The notes beneath the pieces are model-generated. The model was not told the origin of the DNA and ran no database searches. It saw only the letters and a list, made by a program, of their open reading frames with translations. Below, piece by piece: positions 17,069 to 19,059 of a DNA stretch of 19,059 nucleotides. The translations under genes were made by a program, and so were the position numbers. Position 1 is the first letter of the stretch; every line of letters starts with the position of its first letter. The stretch is taken from NCBI GenBank assembly GCA_044236265.1, contig JBIIGV010000053.1:1-19059 (forward strand), given 5' to 3'. This DNA is from Oligoflexales bacterium. Its GTDB lineage: Bacteria; Bdellovibrionota_B; Oligoflexia; Oligoflexales; RGVZ01.

Positions 17069-17494
17069 TTAATTCGGGCGCCTCGGCCGAATGCTGCCAC
17101 TTTCTAGGCTTGCGACAAGGTGTGCAAGGTGTTCGTTCTCCTGAGTGAACTGAAAAGCAACCTCAAGTCCCCACGGCTTTTTTGTTTTACGAGTCATGCG
17201 CGCTTGGATCGCAGGAGCGCAGAAATCATCACTGGCGGCATCAATTTGAATCATGACGTCTGGCTGCGCATCGAGCAATGTGTCCAGATCCATGGCCTTC
17301 TGACCGGTTTCAGGATTATGAACATCAAATGCTGCCAGCACGCCCGTGTTGGAGATGTTGACGGACCTGAGGGTCCAAAGTAATTGCCAGGATTCGAAAG
17401 GTATGGTTACGCAAACGCGCATGTCGGCTTCGTAGCGCGGCGCACGCCCTTCAGTCTGGGCTCCTGGATGAGAAAATGTCCAGTGATGGAACAT
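17069..17494 (-). CDS. PilZ-like domain protein with a degenerate RxxxR motif
   Basis: EGRAPRY followed by NISNTG ([D/N]xSxxG) and a C-terminal GLEVAFQF strand. ATG 17494 has an AAGG upstream; the ORF-track TTG start at 17530 is the alternative. Confidence 0.65.
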   Translation of the reverse strand: MFHHWTFSHPGAQTEGRAPRYEADMRVCVTIPFESWQLLWTLRSVNISNTGVLAAFDVHNPETGQKAMDLDTLLDAQPDVMIQIDAASDDFCAPAIQARMTRKTKKPWGLEVAFQFTQENEHLAHLVASLESGSIRPRRPN

Positions 17495-17542
17495 GGTAAA
17501 CCTTTGTGATGATTCACTAAGTTGTACCAAATAATAGGAAGT

Positions 17543-18709
17543 TTAGGCAAGAAGGTTCGAGTTTTTTGGCGCCACGACGTTTTTACGCTGAGGAGCCATG
17601 TGTAAACTTTCCTGGGTCTTGGCAGCAAGCTGTCCGCAAGCTCCGCTGACATCAAGGCCTTTACTGTAGCGCACTGGGGCTGCTATGGAGCGTTCTGCAA
17701 GGTAAACCTGGAAGGCGCGAATTTCATCATCCGACGGGCGATCATAAGGCATGCCGGGATGTGCATTAAAAGGAATCAGATTCACCTTGGCCTTAAATCC
17801 ATGCAAAAACTTCATAAGATCTTTTGCTTCGCGAAGACCGCAATTTTTGTCGCGGATCAAAATATATTCAAATGTAATTTTGTCACCGGTCTCGCGTTGG
17901 TAGTCCAAGAGAGCTGATTTTAGGTCAGCAAGAGGCCACCGGCGATTAATCGGCATGATTTCCTTGCGCAATTCGTCACGGGCTGCATGCAAAGATACAG
18001 CTAACGCGCAGCGTGCGTCGCGCGCGAGGTCACGAATGCGGGGGACGATGCCTGATGTTGAGACGGTGACATGGCGCGCAGATAGGCCAAACCCATCTGG
18101 AGATACTAGAATGTTAACCGCTTTGACAACGTTATCATAGTTGTCGAGCGGTTCTCCCATGCCCATAAATACAACGTGTGACAAGCGGCGTCCGTCGTTA
18201 CGAACGATCTGCGCCGCGATCATGTATTGCGAAAGTATTTCGTGAGTTGTCAGATGGCGGAAAAATCCTAGTTTGCCAGTTTGACAAAAACTACAAGCCA
18301 TTTTGCAGCCAACCTGACTGGATACACAGAGGCTTACGCGGCCTTCGTAACGCAGAATAACGGATTCGATGTATTGGCCATTGGGAGTCTTAAGTAAAAG
18401 TTTGGTGGACCCATCTTGAGAGTCCAGTGCACTTACAATCTCTGGCAGAGACCAGTCAAAGTTATCCGCAATACGGCTGCGAATGTCCTTTGAAACATTT
18501 GTCATTTGTTCGGGGTTTGGCAGCAGGTGTTTAAAGACCCAATCAGCGGTTTGCGTCGCACGAAACCCGGGCATTTTTTCTTGAGAAAAATAAGTGAGCC
18601 AATCCATTCGCGAAAGGTTGAGAGCACCAACCTTGCTCGCGGGTTTCTGCACCGAAGTTTCAGGTGAAACACCGGTACTCATGTTTTGTTTTTCGTCTCT
18701 TAAATCCAC
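17543..18709 (-). CDS. rlmN: Radical SAM rRNA/tRNA methyltransferase RlmN (23S rRNA m2A2503)
   Basis: S.DGSTKLL, IESV, LCVSSQVGCKMACSFC (CxxxCxxC plus the upstream Cys), VVFMGMGEPL, VSTSG, LAVSLHA, FEYIL, KVNLIPFN and GACGQL (methyl-accepting Cys). Start is ambiguous: GTG 18709 or ATG 18682. Confidence 0.95.
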   Translation of the reverse strand: MDLRDEKQNMSTGVSPETSVQKPASKVGALNLSRMDWLTYFSQEKMPGFRATQTADWVFKHLLPNPEQMTNVSKDIRSRIADNFDWSLPEIVSALDSQDGSTKLLLKTPNGQYIESVILRYEGRVSLCVSSQVGCKMACSFCQTGKLGFFRHLTTHEILSQYMIAAQIVRNDGRRLSHVVFMGMGEPLDNYDNVVKAVNILVSPDGFGLSARHVTVSTSGIVPRIRDLARDARCALAVSLHAARDELRKEIMPINRRWPLADLKSALLDYQRETGDKITFEYILIRDKNCGLREAKDLMKFLHGFKAKVNLIPFNAHPGMPYDRPSDDEIRAFQVYLAERSIAAPVRYSKGLDVSGACGQLAAKTQESLHMAPQRKNVVAPKNSNLLA

Positions 18710-18923
18710 AATTTTTAGGCCCCGTTCATCGTTTGGAGGGGGTAGTTACCTTAGAATGGATAAAATTTCAATAGAATTATAGAATCCTCATTTTAAGTTA
18801 AGTCAATAAAAACAGTTAGTTACTTGGCCAGCGCAGAATGGGCTATCCCAATGCGCGCCGGTGGGCTTTACGGACCAAAGGAGTGACCGAAAAGGGGAGG
18901 GTCTTGGAGGTGGGGGGACGTGG

Positions 18924-19059
18924 GTGGATTCTCAAGTTAAACATGACTCTAAAAACCTAGAGCAGCAGTTTATCGACGACTACAATCAGTCGGCATCTAG
19001 CTTGCTGATGAGAGCCGGCATTACGGGGTTGGTCTGTTACAATTTGTTCATTATTTTCG
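18924..19059 (+). CDS. 5' part of a probable membrane protein, truncated by the window edge and absent from the ORF track
   Basis: GTG 18924 follows a GGGGGGA RBS and the frame stays open to the end: MDSQVKHDSKNLEQQFIDDYNQSASSLLMRAGITGLVCYNLFIIF... It has an amphipathic helix followed by a hydrophobic segment. An in-frame GTG at 18861 is an alternative start. Confidence 0.65.
   Translation, partial: MDSQVKHDSKNLEQQFIDDYNQSASSLLMRAGITGLVCYNLFIIF

Noticed and set aside
17059..17085. Sigma-28 promoter upstream of panP (GCCGACTT on the minus strand)
   Set aside because: There is no TAAA-like -35 box at 15 nt spacing; the sequence there reads CGAG.
10..18709. RiPP/bacteriocin cluster (S8 proteases + ABC exporter + radical SAM enzyme + small peptide)
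   Set aside because: The radical SAM protein is a canonical RlmN. The ABC exporter has no C39 peptidase domain. The small ORF is a lipoprotein, not a leader-core precursor. The genes lie in several separate transcription units.
17543..18709. Cfr-type antibiotic resistance methyltransferase
   Set aside because: Motifs, length and housekeeping-like context with no mobile element fit RlmN. A phylogeny would be the formal test.
230..18782. The other short (60-101 aa) ORFs of the track, such as 230-457, 2654-2923, 8429-8668, 9250-9543, 16028-16333, 16761-17039 and 18594-18782
   Set aside because: All overlap well-supported genes, antisense or out of frame, and show no recognisable motifs. They are treated as shadow ORFs.
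18810..18822. IHF-like site AAACAGTTAGTTA in the AT-rich region upstream of rlmN
   Set aside because: It has two mismatches to WATCAANNNNTTR in AT-rich DNA, and no sigma-54 promoter or att site supports it.
1..19059. CRISPR array, tRNA/rRNA, transposase or integrase
   Set aside because: I saw no regularly spaced nucleotide repeats, cloverleaf or rRNA-like sequence, or recombinase/transposase ORF. The repeats present are protein-level and degenerate.

Overview
Bacterial chromosomal window with 11 complete genes and one gene cut off by the right edge. I found no rRNA, tRNA, CRISPR array or mobile element. The left 8.5 kb holds two large, divergently transcribed subtilisin-family (S8) proteases with lipoprotein-type signal peptides. 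They share a prodomain, S8 domain, FN3-like domain and jelly-roll domain, but end in unrelated cysteine-containing C-terminal arrays. One ends in FN3, 3 IPT/TIG repeats and an 8-Cys tip; the other in 6 degenerate ~95-113 aa repeats and a terminal domain. Each gene has a sigma-28 (FliA)-like promoter in the shared 280 bp intergenic region. This pair is the best candidate for an undescribed system. The rest is mostly ordinary: group 1 truncated hemoglobin, a DUF4349-like/beta-barrel-like exported protein, a TIGR01777-SRPBCC fusion, an ABC exporter, a POT peptide transporter, and a probable operon of rlmN, a PilZ-like gene, panP and a small lipoprotein. At the right edge is the 5' end of a membrane-protein gene missing from the ORF track. 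The gene style suggests a Bdellovibrionota/Oligoflexia-like organism, but this is inference only; no database searches were run.
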